DNA of 64,000 bases from Pirellulales bacterium (lineage in GTDB: Bacteria > Planctomycetota > Planctomycetia > Pirellulales > UBA1268), in the NCBI GenBank assembly GCA_046092585.1, contig JBJTDZ010000120.1:6606-70605 (forward strand), read 5' to 3'. Shown here piece after piece: positions 9,401-18,362 of this stretch. The position numbers and the translations under genes are program-made. Positions within the stretch are counted from its first letter, which is position 1; every line of letters starts with the position of its first letter. The notes under the pieces were generated by a model that worked only from the letters and a program-made list of their open reading frames with translations, was not told the origin of the DNA and ran no database searches.

Positions 9401-9830
9401 TGACACCAAGGCCGACGGCCTGCTTCGCGAGGCGGCGGCGGGCCGCAAGACACCGCCGACCGTGATCTGGGGCTGGGGTGGCATCGCCAACAAGCTTTCG
9501 CGGCAGGCATTCGCGTCCACCGACGACAAGGCGCTCAAGGCCCGGGAGCAGTTCTTCGACGCCCGCCTTCGCGTGGCCGAAAGTTTCCTCTTGCGGGCGG
9601 AGCTGCCCGGCGTCGCGGCGGATCGCGACAAGCGGCTGGAAACCGCCAAGAACGCGGTCGTGATGACCCGCAAGCTCTACCCCGATCTGGGTGGCGATGC
9701 CTCCCAGCAGCGGTTCGAGAAGATCCTCAAGCAGATCCAGAAGGCGCAGGGAGCCGCCAACCCGGGCGGCTTCAAGCAGCTCGACGAGGAGGCGGCGGCC
9801 GCCTCCCCGCCGGCCGCCGCGGCCGGCTGA
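6480..9830 (+). CDS. large secreted Ala/Glu/Lys-rich helical-repeat (TPR-like) protein, 1116 aa
   Basis: ATG at 6480 is in frame within listed ORF 5802..9830; the upstream part overlaps the anti-sigma gene and is rejected. Signal peptide MRTAFLASSALVLSLAASFAPAA. Long amphipathic helical and coiled-coil stretches follow (AKVKEEAKAAAKDEAPKLSPAQKVVMEKLEAEQEALRAKLL). No catalytic motif recognised. Confidence 0.75.
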   Translation: MRTAFLASSALVLSLAASFAPAAEPASEPASESASEASTRSLIEGLEERQMPDVMLWVVERAEKNPATSQTLKAELPFLKATALVAASRTESDSAKRAAMLDEAEKAIDAFLATKPAGSLAIAAYSQKANLLVERGRGKVELAKRPGQDPEKLGPEAVAFFDSALETLKSTLPADHQGEITDVTNAEDAVRRELRRVDAEIAKVKEEAKAAAKDEAPKLSPAQKVVMEKLEAEQEALRAKLLSARLMTAGVYFEKSRAYAAGSKEANAALVESTNLFEALAEKYASKGAGMFARYYCGRNEVLLGKHEAAVETLTPVVLIDGRSPLAIGLKAKGVNTTLEALLALAAAEKDAAKLSDLYAKLDDDIRKFALTPAEKLPGRRLDAEWLALKYRAATLLERKAASLDAKEKTLRTTLLRDAKKLATEVTAANKDFAKEARELAAKLGKDLPAGSEEKDFATLCADAKLAFTAMQEKQARAKQLVAEGKASEAAEVVEQSAPDRDTAIKLFQEALALPTNGETDEAALNSARSLLTFLFYDAKRFAEAGDLGRLLTEKYPNAPGSRQAAKVALASLQSLAQQRDAAVAKPAREKLLDFAALMAKTWPAEAEAGDALTVMLNAGIEARSGEQIVALIEKVPAESPRRADLLMRAGTALRREVQDARKPDATTKTPAETIARWDALAKSSLDEGLNAMDAAAALPPGSAAKVAVSAALTRAQMALADDELDTADKLLTNKVYGPWIVATTSEDPALAQGSLAESSLTVALQYFIEAQKFDDAQEAMAALEKAAGQGEAASAKLTAMYLSMGRNLQERLEQLGSGDKAGSPEIREQASRILGGFEKFLESIANRDKKTSSQIWVATTYLMLGSGKGTGAIVAKSKAEQYLDRAADTYAGLLERKDEAGVPDAERQDLERFEPSIRRKLVSLFKERGKWDEAQEQMNWLLADAKRQNSLDIQIEAAELLQAAGIAAKDAKDDTKADGLLREAAAGRKTPPTVIWGWGGIANKLSRQAFASTDDKALKAREQFFDARLRVAESFLLRAELPGVAADRDKRLETAKNAVVMTRKLYPDLGGDASQQRFEKILKQIQKAQGAANPGGFKQLDEEAAAASPPAAAAG
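6549..6584 (+). repeat. 12-nt tandem repeat x3 encoding (EPAS/ESAS)3 just after the signal peptide
   Basis: gagcccgcgtcc gagcccgcgtcc gagtccgcgtcc read directly in the sequence; in frame within the 6480..9830 CDS. Confidence 0.85.
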
Positions 9831-9865
9831 CCCTGCGCTCGGCCCAACCAGACGAGATCGATCCA

Positions 9866-10978
9866 ATGCCCCTCCGCCCGCCACCGTTCCGCGTGATTTC
9901 CAGCCTGCTGGCCGCATGTGCCTGTGCCTGGCTGCTGTGCGGCGATCAGGCCGTGGCCCAGACGGCCGATCGTGTGAGGCTGCGGCCGGGCTCCACGATC
10001 GCGAACGATCACGGCGGGCTGCTCCAGGGCACCGTCGTCGACGTGTCCCCGATGGGCATCACGCTCGAGGCGCGTGGCAAGGAACTCAAGGTGGCCGTCG
10101 AGGACATCGCCGACGTGGCCTTCGGCGCGGAGCCGGCGCAGCTGCGCGACGCCCGCGAGCAGCTGCGTCGCAGCAACGGCCCCGGCGCGCTCGAGCAGCT
10201 TGCCAAGGTTCCGCCTGCCGACTGGGACGGAGCCGACCCCAGGGTGGCCGCCGAGAGGGCCTTCGTGGAGGCCGGGGCCGCGGGCCGGATCGCCCTGGCC
10301 TCGGGCAAAGACCTCGCCGCCGCTCAGAAGCGCCTGGCGGAGTTCGTGAAGGCCAACTCCCGCAGCCACCATGTATTCGCGATGCAGGAGTTGCTCGGCG
10401 ACGTGCTCATGGCGATGAACCAGGTCGACGAGGCCGTCGCGGCCTACGGAGCCGTGGGCAAGGGAACCCCCGCGATGCAGGTGCGGGCCGGCGTGCTCCG
10501 TGGCAACGCCTACCTGCGAAAAAACAAGACTGCCGAGGCGGCGAAGGAGTTCGAGGCAGCCGTGCAGGTGTCCGTGCCGGCGGAGAGCGTTGCCGCCGCC
10601 GCGGAGAAGCAGGATGCCGAACTCGGGCTCGCCCGCTGCCGGATGCAGCAGGGCAAGGCGGCGGAGGCGGCCGACGTCGTGCGGAAGATCCTCGACAAGG
10701 CCAACCCCGACGATGCCGCGGGCCTCGGCCGGCTCTTCAACGTGCTCGGCGAGGCCCAGCGGGCCGCCGGCGACCGGGATCGAGACGCGATCATCGCGTT
10801 TCTCACGGTCGATCTCGTCTACAACCGCGTGCCCGAGGATCACGCCCGGGCTCTTTTCAACCTCGTGGAACTCTGGGAGAAGAACAATTTCCCCGAGCGT
10901 TCCCGGGAAAGCCGCCAGACGCTGGAAACGACGTACCCCGACAGCCCGTGGACGAAGAAACTCGCGGCGAAGTCGTGA
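9866..10978 (+). CDS. secreted TPR-like protein, 370 aa
   Basis: Signal peptide MPLRPPPFRVISSLLAACACAWLLCGDQAVAQ. A short beta-type N-domain (LLQGTVVDVSPMGITLEARGKELKVAVEDIADVAF) is followed by TPR-like helices (AMQELLGDVLMAMNQVDEAVAAYGAV, RGNAYLRKNKTAEAAKEFEAAV, LGLARCRMQQGKAAEAADVVRKIL). It starts 35 nt after the preceding gene. Confidence 0.75.
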   Translation: MPLRPPPFRVISSLLAACACAWLLCGDQAVAQTADRVRLRPGSTIANDHGGLLQGTVVDVSPMGITLEARGKELKVAVEDIADVAFGAEPAQLRDAREQLRRSNGPGALEQLAKVPPADWDGADPRVAAERAFVEAGAAGRIALASGKDLAAAQKRLAEFVKANSRSHHVFAMQELLGDVLMAMNQVDEAVAAYGAVGKGTPAMQVRAGVLRGNAYLRKNKTAEAAKEFEAAVQVSVPAESVAAAAEKQDAELGLARCRMQQGKAAEAADVVRKILDKANPDDAAGLGRLFNVLGEAQRAAGDRDRDAIIAFLTVDLVYNRVPEDHARALFNLVELWEKNNFPERSRESRQTLETTYPDSPWTKKLAAKS

Positions 10979-11078
10979 TCGCCAGCCCGTGACGGGCCGC
11001 CCTTCCGGCCTGCACCACCGCGCGGGTACGCTGTCATAGACTCCAGGACGGAATGCAACCCTTCAGTTTTTCGAGGAG

Positions 11079-11912
11079 ATGATCATGCTCGTGGGCTCGT
11101 GCGACGCTGGCCGGACCGGCCTTGGCTCGTGGCTGTCCGGCCTGCTGCCGGCGCGGATCGGCCGCCTTCTGCTCGTGGCCTGCCTGATCGGCTCGTGGGG
11201 CATCGCCTCCACGGTCGTCGCCCCCTCCATCGCCGTCGCCCAGGAAGAGGGCGAAGAAGTGGCCGACGAGGGTGAGCCCGAGGGCAAGAGTTACCTCACG
11301 TTTCTTTTCGAGGCACTCGGCATCAAGTACGTGATCATCTTCCTGCTGCTCTCGTTCGGACTCGTGGCACTGCTCGTGATGTGCTTCATGCAGTTCCGCA
11401 AGTCGGTGCTCATCCCCGAGACCCTGAGCCAACAGTTCGAGCAGCACCTGGAGAACAAGGAGTTCCAGCAGGCCTACGAACTCGCCAAGACCGACGAATC
11501 CTACCTGGGCAAGGTGCTCTCGGCCGGCATGGGCAAACTGCAGTCCGGCTACCCCGCTGCCGTCGAGTCGATGCAGGCCGCGGAGAACGAGGAGGCCATG
11601 AACCTCGAGCACAAGATCAGTTACGTGTCGCTCGTGGGCGCGTTGGCGCCGATGTTCGGCCTGCTCGGCACGGTCGACGGGATGGTGGCGGCGTTCATGC
11701 TCATCGCCCAGCGTGATACCGCCCCCAAGCCCTCGGAACTCGCCGTCGGTATTTCGCAGGCGCTCGTCACGACGCTGATCGGCCTCTGGCTGGCGATCCC
11801 CGCCATCGCCTGCTACGGCCTGTTCAAGAACTGGCTGCAGCGGTTCAACATGGAGGTCGACGACGAGGCGATGCGGCTGATGAGTCGCTTTCAGAACATG
11901 GGTAAGAAGTGA
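11079..11912 (+). CDS. exbB: MotA/TolQ/ExbB proton-channel family protein with N-terminal signal peptide and acidic periplasmic segment
   Basis: GAGGAG RBS before the ATG. C-terminal half carries the family signature (LVGALAPMFGLLGTVDGMVAAFMLIA ... ISQALVTTLIGLWLAIPAIACYGLFKN). The N-terminus has a signal-like helix then AQEEGEEVADEGEPEG. Confidence 0.88.
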   Translation: MIMLVGSCDAGRTGLGSWLSGLLPARIGRLLLVACLIGSWGIASTVVAPSIAVAQEEGEEVADEGEPEGKSYLTFLFEALGIKYVIIFLLLSFGLVALLVMCFMQFRKSVLIPETLSQQFEQHLENKEFQQAYELAKTDESYLGKVLSAGMGKLQSGYPAAVESMQAAENEEAMNLEHKISYVSLVGALAPMFGLLGTVDGMVAAFMLIAQRDTAPKPSELAVGISQALVTTLIGLWLAIPAIACYGLFKNWLQRFNMEVDDEAMRLMSRFQNMGKK

Positions 11913-11947
11913 TCCCGTCTCGTCGTCGGTGAGCGGAGCAACAGCCC

Positions 11948-12391
11948 ATGGCGCGCAAGCAGAGCGATGGCCCAGGAAAAACCGACATCGACATGACGCC
12001 GATGATCGACATGACGTTCCAGCTGATCACGTTCTTCGTGTTCACGCTGAACTTCTCCACGGCCGTGCAGGATGACCGCGTGCAGCTTCCGATGAGCCAG
12101 TTGGCGAAACCGGCTGAAGGCCCTTCGGTCGAGCCGATCACGCTCCAGTTGATGAACGACGGCAGGGTGATCTACGCCGGTGAGCCGGTCGAGATGCAGG
12201 ACATCGGCGGTTACCTCGAGAACGAAAAGCGGGTGATGATCTCGGCCAGCAAGGAGCCGAGTTCGGCGACCGTGATCGTGCGGGCCGACGGCCGATCTCG
12301 GACCGGCGACGTGCAGGAACTGATCAAGGTCTGCCAGGAAAAGGGCTTCGAAAAGTTCGTCCTGCGGGCCCAGTACGACGAAAGCAAGTGA
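11948..12391 (+). CDS. exbD: ExbD/TolR biopolymer transport protein (paralog 1)
   Basis: 147 aa. N-terminal DIDMTPMIDMTFQLITFFVFTLNF carries the conserved membrane Asp of ExbD/TolR. The periplasmic domain is of typical size. Confidence 0.88.
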   Translation: MARKQSDGPGKTDIDMTPMIDMTFQLITFFVFTLNFSTAVQDDRVQLPMSQLAKPAEGPSVEPITLQLMNDGRVIYAGEPVEMQDIGGYLENEKRVMISASKEPSSATVIVRADGRSRTGDVQELIKVCQEKGFEKFVLRAQYDESK

Positions 12392-12403
12392 CCGGAGCCT
12401 GAC

Positions 12404-12880
12404 GTGGCCGCCAAGCGGGAATCCCTTTCCGACAAGATCGCCATCGACATGACGCCGATGATCGACGTCGTGTTCCAGCTGATCACGTTCTTCATGCTGA
12501 CGTTGAAGACCGTCGTCACCGAGGGCGATTTCGACATCCGCATGCCGCTCGGCGCGAGTGCCGGCGTCGCCTCGGAGGATCTGCTGCCGCCGGTGCGGGT
12601 GAAGATGACCGCCGACCCGTCTGGCGAGCGGACGAGCCTGACGATGAACGGCCAGGCCGTGGCCGACTTCGAAGACCTCCGCCGCCGGGTTGTGGACCTG
12701 GTGGGCACCGGCCCCGGCTCCAACGCCGACAAGACCGAAGTGGAACTCGACTGCGATCCGGCCCTCAAGTACGACAACGTGATCCGGGCCGTCACGTCGG
12801 TGTCGGGCATGGTGCAGCCCGACGGCACCGTCGTGGAACTGATCAAGAAGATCAAGTTTGCCCCGCCGAAGAAGCGCTGA
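12404..12880 (+). CDS. exbD: ExbD/TolR biopolymer transport protein (paralog 2)
   Basis: 158 aa. AIDMTPMIDVVFQLITFFMLTL has the conserved Asp. It starts 12 nt after paralog 1. Confidence 0.88.
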   Translation: MAAKRESLSDKIAIDMTPMIDVVFQLITFFMLTLKTVVTEGDFDIRMPLGASAGVASEDLLPPVRVKMTADPSGERTSLTMNGQAVADFEDLRRRVVDLVGTGPGSNADKTEVELDCDPALKYDNVIRAVTSVSGMVQPDGTVVELIKKIKFAPPKKR

Positions 12881-12913
12881 CCCGCATTCGACGTTCGTCG
12901 ATCGCTCCCCTGA

Positions 12914-12939
12914 AAGCCCAATCGCGTAAGCGATGGGGA
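12914..12939 (+). repeat. 26-nt GC-rich hairpin with GUAA (GNRA) loop, identical copy at 48355-48380
   Basis: AAGCCCAATCGCGTAAGCGATGGGGA read at both loci. Stem is CCCAATCGC / GCGATGGGG (one mismatch) with loop GTAA. It lies between the convergent exbD and xerD ends. Confidence 0.65.
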
Positions 12940-13007
12940 CAACGCCCGATCTTTCGCAGCCGGAGCGCTCACGCGGTGAGGCTTCCCCGCATGAAGCCCC
13001 AACCGTA

Positions 13008-13970
13008 TCAGCGGCGCGGGTGAAACTTCTCGTGGATCGCCCGCAGGCGGCCCGAATCGACGTGGGTGTAGCGCTGCGTGGTGGCGATGCTGGCATGGCC
13101 GAGCATCTCCTGCACGTGGCGGAGGTCGACGCCGCCGGCGACGAGGTGCGTCGCGAAGCTGTGCCGCAGGGTGTGCGGGCCGATGTCGGCCGGAATGCCC
13201 GCCTGGTCGGCATGATGCCGCACGATCTCCCAGATCCGCATCCGGGAGAGGCGGTTGCCGCGGGCCGAGAGGATCGCCCATAACGGGCTGCCTCCGGTCC
13301 GGGCCGCGAACGCCTCGCGGGGCCCGTCGAACCACACCCGTACGGCCTCGACGGCCCGGCGGCCCAGCGGCACCACCCGCTCCTTGCTCCCCTTGCCCCG
13401 GCAGGTGCAGAAGGCCTCGCCGAGATGCACGTCGGAGAGCCGCAGGGTCGACACCTCGGAGGCCCGGCAGCCCGTGGCGTAGAGCAGCTCGAGCAGGGCC
13501 TTGTCGCGACGGTCCCGCGGGGAGTGGCCGGCAGGGCTCTCGAGCAGCCGATCGACCTGTGCCGGTGAGAGCGTGCCGGGGATGGTGTCGTCCCGCTTCG
13601 CCGGCATGAGCAGTTCGGCAGGGCTCTCGGCGACCACCCCCTCGAGCTGGAGAAACGCGTAGAACGTCTTCAGCGTGGCGGCCTGGCGGGCGATGCTCGC
13701 CCGGGCCAGGCCCTTCGTCGCCAGGGCGGCGAGGTAATCGCCGAGATCGCCGACACCGAGCGTTACCGGCGACCGCCCCGCCAGCCAGCCGGTAAAGTCG
13801 CGGAGGTCGCGGCGGTAGGCGACCTGGGTGTTGTCGGCCAGGCCCCGCTCATGCCGCACGTAGTCGAGGAACCGGTCGACGAGCGTCGCCGCCGCCGCCC
13901 CCTTCTCGGCGGCGACGACACCGTCGAGCAGGATCTTCCTCGTCCGCCGTGGCTTCGGGGATTCGCCCAT
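13008..13970 (-). CDS. xerD: tyrosine site-specific recombinase, XerD/XerC family
   Basis: ATG at 13970 is in frame within listed ORF 13008..14969; product 320 aa. N-terminal SAM-like core-binding region (LVDRFLDYVRHERGLADNTQVAYRRDLRDF). Catalytic residues sit in ATGCRASEV, HTLRHSFATHL and LGHASIATTQRYTHV. Confidence 0.88.
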   Translation of the reverse strand: MGESPKPRRTRKILLDGVVAAEKGAAAATLVDRFLDYVRHERGLADNTQVAYRRDLRDFTGWLAGRSPVTLGVGDLGDYLAALATKGLARASIARQAATLKTFYAFLQLEGVVAESPAELLMPAKRDDTIPGTLSPAQVDRLLESPAGHSPRDRRDKALLELLYATGCRASEVSTLRLSDVHLGEAFCTCRGKGSKERVVPLGRRAVEAVRVWFDGPREAFAARTGGSPLWAILSARGNRLSRMRIWEIVRHHADQAGIPADIGPHTLRHSFATHLVAGGVDLRHVQEMLGHASIATTQRYTHVDSGRLRAIHEKFHPRR

Positions 13971-14146
13971 GGTGTTCACCCCGAGAGCCTCGGGGAACTT
14001 CTCCGACGGGATGACCACGCCGTGGCAGGCAGCCGGGGGAAGTCGAGGCGAGCAGGCATATCCTTGCCTTCCGAAGCCGAGGCTTTCACCGGCTGCCGGC
14101 GGGGCCGATCGGGTCCGACGCCGTGAGGCGCGGGGCCGGACCGCGA

Positions 14147-17100
14147 TCACGCGTCGTAGCCGAGGTTGGGGGCGAGCCAGCGCTCGACCTCCGACACCGG
14201 CATGCCCTTGCGGGCCGCGTAGGCCTCCACCTGGTCGCGGGTGATCCGGTCCACCGCGAAATATCGGCTTTCCGGATGGGCGAAGTAGAGCCCGCTCACG
14301 CTCGCCGCCGGCATCATCGCGCAACTCTCCGTAAGCGTCATCCCCGCCGCCCGCTCGGCGTCCAAGAGGGCGAAGAGGGCACGTTTCTCGGTGTGGTCGG
14401 GGCAGGCCGGGTAGCCCGGGGCAGGCCGGATTCCACGATACCGCTCCTCGATCAGGTCCTCGGCCGAAAGGTTCTCCGCCTGGCCGTAGCCCCACTCCCG
14501 CCGCACCTTGGCATGAAGCCATTCGGCGAAGGCCTCGGCCAGCCGGTCGGCCAGGGCCTTGGCCATGATCGAGGAGTAGTCGTCGTGCTGGGCGTCGTAT
14601 CGCCGACAGATCGCGTCGCAGCCGTGGCCGGCGGTCACGGCGAAGGCCCCGAGGTAATCCTTCCGACCGCTCCCGGCGGGGGCCACGAAGTCGGCCAGGG
14701 CGTGAAACACGTCCTGCCCCTTCCGCTCCCACTGCTGGCGGAGCGTGTGCACCCGGCCCAGTTCGGCGGTGCGGCTCTCGTCCGCGAACAGCACGATGTC
14801 GTCGCCCTCCGAGTTGGCGGCGAAGAAGCCGTACACGCCCCTGGCCTCGAGAGCACCCTCCCGCGACACGTCGTCGAGCATCGCCAGGGCGTCGCGATGG
14901 AGCTTCTTGGCCTCCTCGCCCACGACCGGATCGGCGAAGATCGCGGGATACTTGCCCTTGAGTTCCCACGACATGAAGAACGGCGACCAGTCGATGAACG
15001 GAATCAGCTCCGCGAGCGGCACCCGCTCGAGCACCCGCGTGCCGAGAAACTCCGGGGTGGCGATCTCGGCCGAGGCCCAGTCGACGGTCCAGCGCTTCTC
15101 GCAGGCCTGGGCGTAGGGCACGAGCCTCGTCGTCTGCCGGGCCTTGAAGTTTTCCACGTCGCGGGCCTGGGCGGCGCGGTTGGCCCGGGAAAACTCCTCC
15201 CTGAGCGCGGGGCTCAAGAGCTTCTCGACGACGCCCGCGGCCCGCGAGGCGTCGCTCACGTGGATCACGTCGCGGGAATACTTGGGGGCGATCTTCACCG
15301 CCGTGTGCCGCGCGGAGGTCGTGGCGCCGCCGATCAGGATCGGCATCGAGAGCTTCGCATGCTCGAACTCCTGGGCCACCTGCACCATCTCCTCGAGGCT
15401 GGGCGTGATCAGCCCCGAGAGCCCCACCACGTCGGCCTCGTGGCGGATCGCCTCCTCGATGATCTTGTTGCAGGGCACCATCACGCCGAGGTCGATCACC
15501 TCGTAGCCGTTGCAGCCGAGCACCACGCCCACGATGTTCTTGCCGATGTCGTGCACGTCCCCCTTCACGGTGGCCATGAGCACCTTGCCCCGCGACTGGT
15601 TCGCGGTGCCCGCGGCGGCCTTCTCGGCCTCCATGAACGGCAGCAGGTAGGCGACAGCCCGCTTCATGACGCGGGCGCTCTTCACGACCTGCGGCAGGAA
15701 CATCTTGCCCTCGCCGAACAGATCACCCACCGTCTGCATGCCCTGCATCAGCGGCCCCTCGATGATCTGCAGGCTGGTGGCATAGAGCTGCCGGGCCTCC
15801 TCGACGTCCTGTTCGACGTGGTCGGCGACGCCCTTGATCAGCGCGTGGGCCAGCCGGTCCTCGACGCTGCGGTTTCGCCAGGTGTCGGCGGCCGCCACCT
15901 CGGCCGGATCGCGAGCCTTGAAGGTCTCGGCGAAGGCCACCAGCCGCTCGGTGGCGTCGGGCCGGCGATCGAAGAGCACGTCCTCGATGCGGGTTCTCAG
16001 CTCGGGCTCGATCTCCTCGTACACCGCCAGCTGCCCGGCGTTGACGATGCCCATCTCCATCCCGGCCTGGATCGCGTGGTAGAGGAAGCAGGCGTGCATC
16101 GCCTCCCGCACCGGCTCGTTGCCGCGGAACGAGAACGAAATATTGGACACGCCACCCGACACCTTGACCGCCGGCATCGCCTCCTTGATCAGCCGCGTGG
16201 CCTCGATGAAGTTCCTGGCGTAGGCGTTGTGCTCCTCGATGCCGGTGGCCACCGTGAGGATGTTGGGGTCGAAGATGATGTCTTCGGGAACGAAGCCGGC
16301 CTCCTCCGTGAGCAGGCGGTAGGCCCGCTTGCAGATCGCCACCCGGCGTTCGACGTCGGTCGCCTGCCCCTGCTCGTCGAAGGCCATGACCACCACCGCC
16401 GCCCCGTGGCGGCGGATCGTGCGGGCCTGCCGCAGGAACGGCTCCTCCCCTTCCTTGAGGCTGATCGAGTTGACGATCCCCTTGCCCTGGATGCACTTGA
16501 GCCCCGCCTCGAGCACCTCGAACCGCGAGGAGTCGATCATGATCGGAACCTTCGCCACCTCCGGCTCGCTGGAAAGCAGCGTGAGGAACTTCGTCATCAC
16601 CTGCACGCCGTCGAGCATCCCCTCGTCGACGTTGATGTCGATGATGTTGGCGCCGTTCTCGACCTGCTGACGGGCGACGTTGAGCGCCTCCTCGTACCGC
16701 TCCTCCTTGACCAGCCGCGCGAAGGCCCGCGACCCGGTCACGTTCGTCCGCTCGCCGACGATCGTGAAGCTCGTCTCGGGGCGGATCTCGTACATCTCGA
16801 GGCCCGAATACCGCGAGCGGCGCGGCGGCGGGGAGGGCCTCCGCGGCGGATACTTCCGCATCACCTCGGCGATGGCCTTGATGTGGGCCGGCGTGGTGCC
16901 GCAGCAGCCGCCCACGACGTTGAGCCAGCCATTCTGGGCGAACTCCTCGAGCACGCTCGCCATCATCTCGGGGGTCTCGTCGAAGCCGCCGAGGGCGTTG
17001 GGCAGGCCCGCGTTGGGATAGACGCTCACCGGAATCGGGGCGATCGCCGCCAGGTCGGCCACGTGGGTCCGGAGCTTCTCGGGGCCGAGGGCGCAGTTGA

Positions 17101-17926
17101 TGCCCACGCTCAGGAGATCGAAGTGCTCGAGGCTCGCCCAGCAGGCCTCGACCGTCTGGGCGGAGAGCGTGCGGCCCCCGTCGAAGATCGTGAACGAGGC
17201 CATCACGGGGATCCGCGCGCCCGTGTCGGCGAACACCTGCTCGATCGCGAACAGGCAGCTCTTGAGCACGAGCGTGTCGAAGGCCGTCTCGGCGAGGAGC
17301 ACGTCGACGCCCCCCTCGACGAGCGCCTCGATCTGCTCCCGATAGGCCGCCACCATCTCGTCAAAGGTCACGTCACGGTGGCCGGGATCGGCGACGTTGC
17401 CGGCGATCGAGAGCTGCTTGTTGGTCGGGCCGATCGAACCGGCCACGAACCGCGGCCGGGAGGGATCGCTCGCCTCGGCGGCCGCGGCAGCCTCGCGGGC
17501 CAGCCTGGCCGCGGCCAGGTTCAGCTCCCGGGTGTGCTTCTGGAGGCCGAAATCGGCGAGCGCCACGTGCGTGGTGCCGAAGGTGCAGGTCTCGACGATG
17601 TCGCTGCCGGCGGCGAAGTAGGCGGCGTGGATCGCGCGAATGGCGTCGGGCTGGGTGAGCGGCAGGACATCGATGCAGTTTTTCAGGTCGCGGTGGTGGC
17701 CGGCGAACCGCTCTCCCCGAAACCCGGCCTCGTCGAGGGCCAACTGGTGGACCATCGTCCCCATGGCGCCATCGAGGATCATGATCCGTTCGTCGAGGAT
17801 CGAGCGGAGCAGGTCGGAACGGCTGGAACTGCTCGGCGACGGGCTGGTGGAGGGCATCGACGATCCGGGGGTGGAAACGCGGGAGGACTGCGGAAAACGT
17901 GACGCGGAGTCACGTGCCGTGATCAT
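14147..17926 (-). CDS. metH: cobalamin-dependent methionine synthase
   Basis: 1259-aa ORF with all MetH modules: Hcy-binding ([10 protein letters not shown]..., GINCALGP), pterin-binding, B12-binding ([26 protein letters not shown]) and AdoMet activation domain. The start may be the internal ATG at 17857. Confidence 0.95.
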   Translation of the reverse strand: MITARDSASRFPQSSRVSTPGSSMPSTSPSPSSSSRSDLLRSILDERIMILDGAMGTMVHQLALDEAGFRGERFAGHHRDLKNCIDVLPLTQPDAIRAIHAAYFAAGSDIVETCTFGTTHVALADFGLQKHTRELNLAAARLAREAAAAAEASDPSRPRFVAGSIGPTNKQLSIAGNVADPGHRDVTFDEMVAAYREQIEALVEGGVDVLLAETAFDTLVLKSCLFAIEQVFADTGARIPVMASFTIFDGGRTLSAQTVEACWASLEHFDLLSVGINCALGPEKLRTHVADLAAIAPIPVSVYPNAGLPNALGGFDETPEMMASVLEEFAQNGWLNVVGGCCGTTPAHIKAIAEVMRKYPPRRPSPPPRRSRYSGLEMYEIRPETSFTIVGERTNVTGSRAFARLVKEERYEEALNVARQQVENGANIIDINVDEGMLDGVQVMTKFLTLLSSEPEVAKVPIMIDSSRFEVLEAGLKCIQGKGIVNSISLKEGEEPFLRQARTIRRHGAAVVVMAFDEQGQATDVERRVAICKRAYRLLTEEAGFVPEDIIFDPNILTVATGIEEHNAYARNFIEATRLIKEAMPAVKVSGGVSNISFSFRGNEPVREAMHACFLYHAIQAGMEMGIVNAGQLAVYEEIEPELRTRIEDVLFDRRPDATERLVAFAETFKARDPAEVAAADTWRNRSVEDRLAHALIKGVADHVEQDVEEARQLYATSLQIIEGPLMQGMQTVGDLFGEGKMFLPQVVKSARVMKRAVAYLLPFMEAEKAAAGTANQSRGKVLMATVKGDVHDIGKNIVGVVLGCNGYEVIDLGVMVPCNKIIEEAIRHEADVVGLSGLITPSLEEMVQVAQEFEHAKLSMPILIGGATTSARHTAVKIAPKYSRDVIHVSDASRAAGVVEKLLSPALREEFSRANRAAQARDVENFKARQTTRLVPYAQACEKRWTVDWASAEIATPEFLGTRVLERVPLAELIPFIDWSPFFMSWELKGKYPAIFADPVVGEEAKKLHRDALAMLDDVSREGALEARGVYGFFAANSEGDDIVLFADESRTAELGRVHTLRQQWERKGQDVFHALADFVAPAGSGRKDYLGAFAVTAGHGCDAICRRYDAQHDDYSSIMAKALADRLAEAFAEWLHAKVRREWGYGQAENLSAEDLIEERYRGIRPAPGYPACPDHTEKRALFALLDAERAAGMTLTESCAMMPAASVSGLYFAHPESRYFAVDRITRDQVEAYAARKGMPVSEVERWLAPNLGYDA

Positions 17927-18086
17927 AGGCGACGTGGCGAGAGGGGCATACTATGACGCCTTTACCGCGCAGGGGACGAGGCGAGTGGGCTCTGCTGGAA
18001 AGCGGGCCGACGCCCGAGGCCGCCGTTCAAGGCTGCCGCCTCCGGCCGACGATCCTCTCGCCGGAGACCATCACCCGGGTTCTGGC

Positions 18087-18362
18087 ATGAAGGTTCTGGC
18101 CTGCATACCCCTGCTCGACTCGCCAGTGGCGCCTCCCGAGGCGGCCGCCCCCACCCCGGCGAGCACGATGGGTGCCGACACTCCACGGCCCTGCGTCCGC
18201 CGGCGGACGCAGGCCGGTCGATTTCCCCTGGCATCGGTGGCCATCCTCGCCGTGCTGGCGACCCTCGCCTGGTCGCTGGCGACCTGGAACGATGCCCGCC
18301 GTCTCCACCGCCACCGGCTTGCCAGGATGCAGCAGACCACGACCGGCACGGTGGCACGATGA
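18087..18362 (+). CDS. small single-pass membrane protein (hypothetical)
   Basis: ATG at 18087 is in frame within listed ORF 17640..18362, whose upstream part overlaps metH. One hydrophobic helix (FPLASVAILAVLATLAWSLATW). Its stop overlaps the next start (ATGA at 18359-18362). Confidence 0.4.
   Translation: MKVLACIPLLDSPVAPPEAAAPTPASTMGADTPRPCVRRRTQAGRFPLASVAILAVLATLAWSLATWNDARRLHRHRLARMQQTTTGTVAR

Noticed and set aside
6450-9917. 1155-aa minus-strand ORF opposite the 1116-aa secreted protein gene
   Set aside because: This is the same GC3 mirror-frame artefact: leucine/arginine/glycine-rich junk composition. The + strand product has a proper signal peptide and coherent helical repeats.
13008-13970. 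Tyrosine recombinase as a marker of an integrated mobile element or prophage
   Set aside because: The domain layout and motifs match chromosomal XerC/XerD. The flanks are exbD and metH. There are no phage, plasmid or transposition genes, no adjacent tRNA and no visible compositional shift.
14123-17902. 1259-aa ORF on the + strand, exactly mirroring metH in length
   Set aside because: It is antisense to an unambiguous metH. Its translation is Arg/Gly/Pro/His-rich with no motifs. Long stop-free antisense frames are expected when codon third positions are nearly all G/C.
17927-18086. metH upstream leader examined for a cobalamin or SAM riboswitch
   Set aside because: I could not recognise a B12-box or SAM-riboswitch core by eye. 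MetH itself is not the usual target of B12 riboswitches. This needs an Rfam/Infernal scan to settle and is not claimed here.
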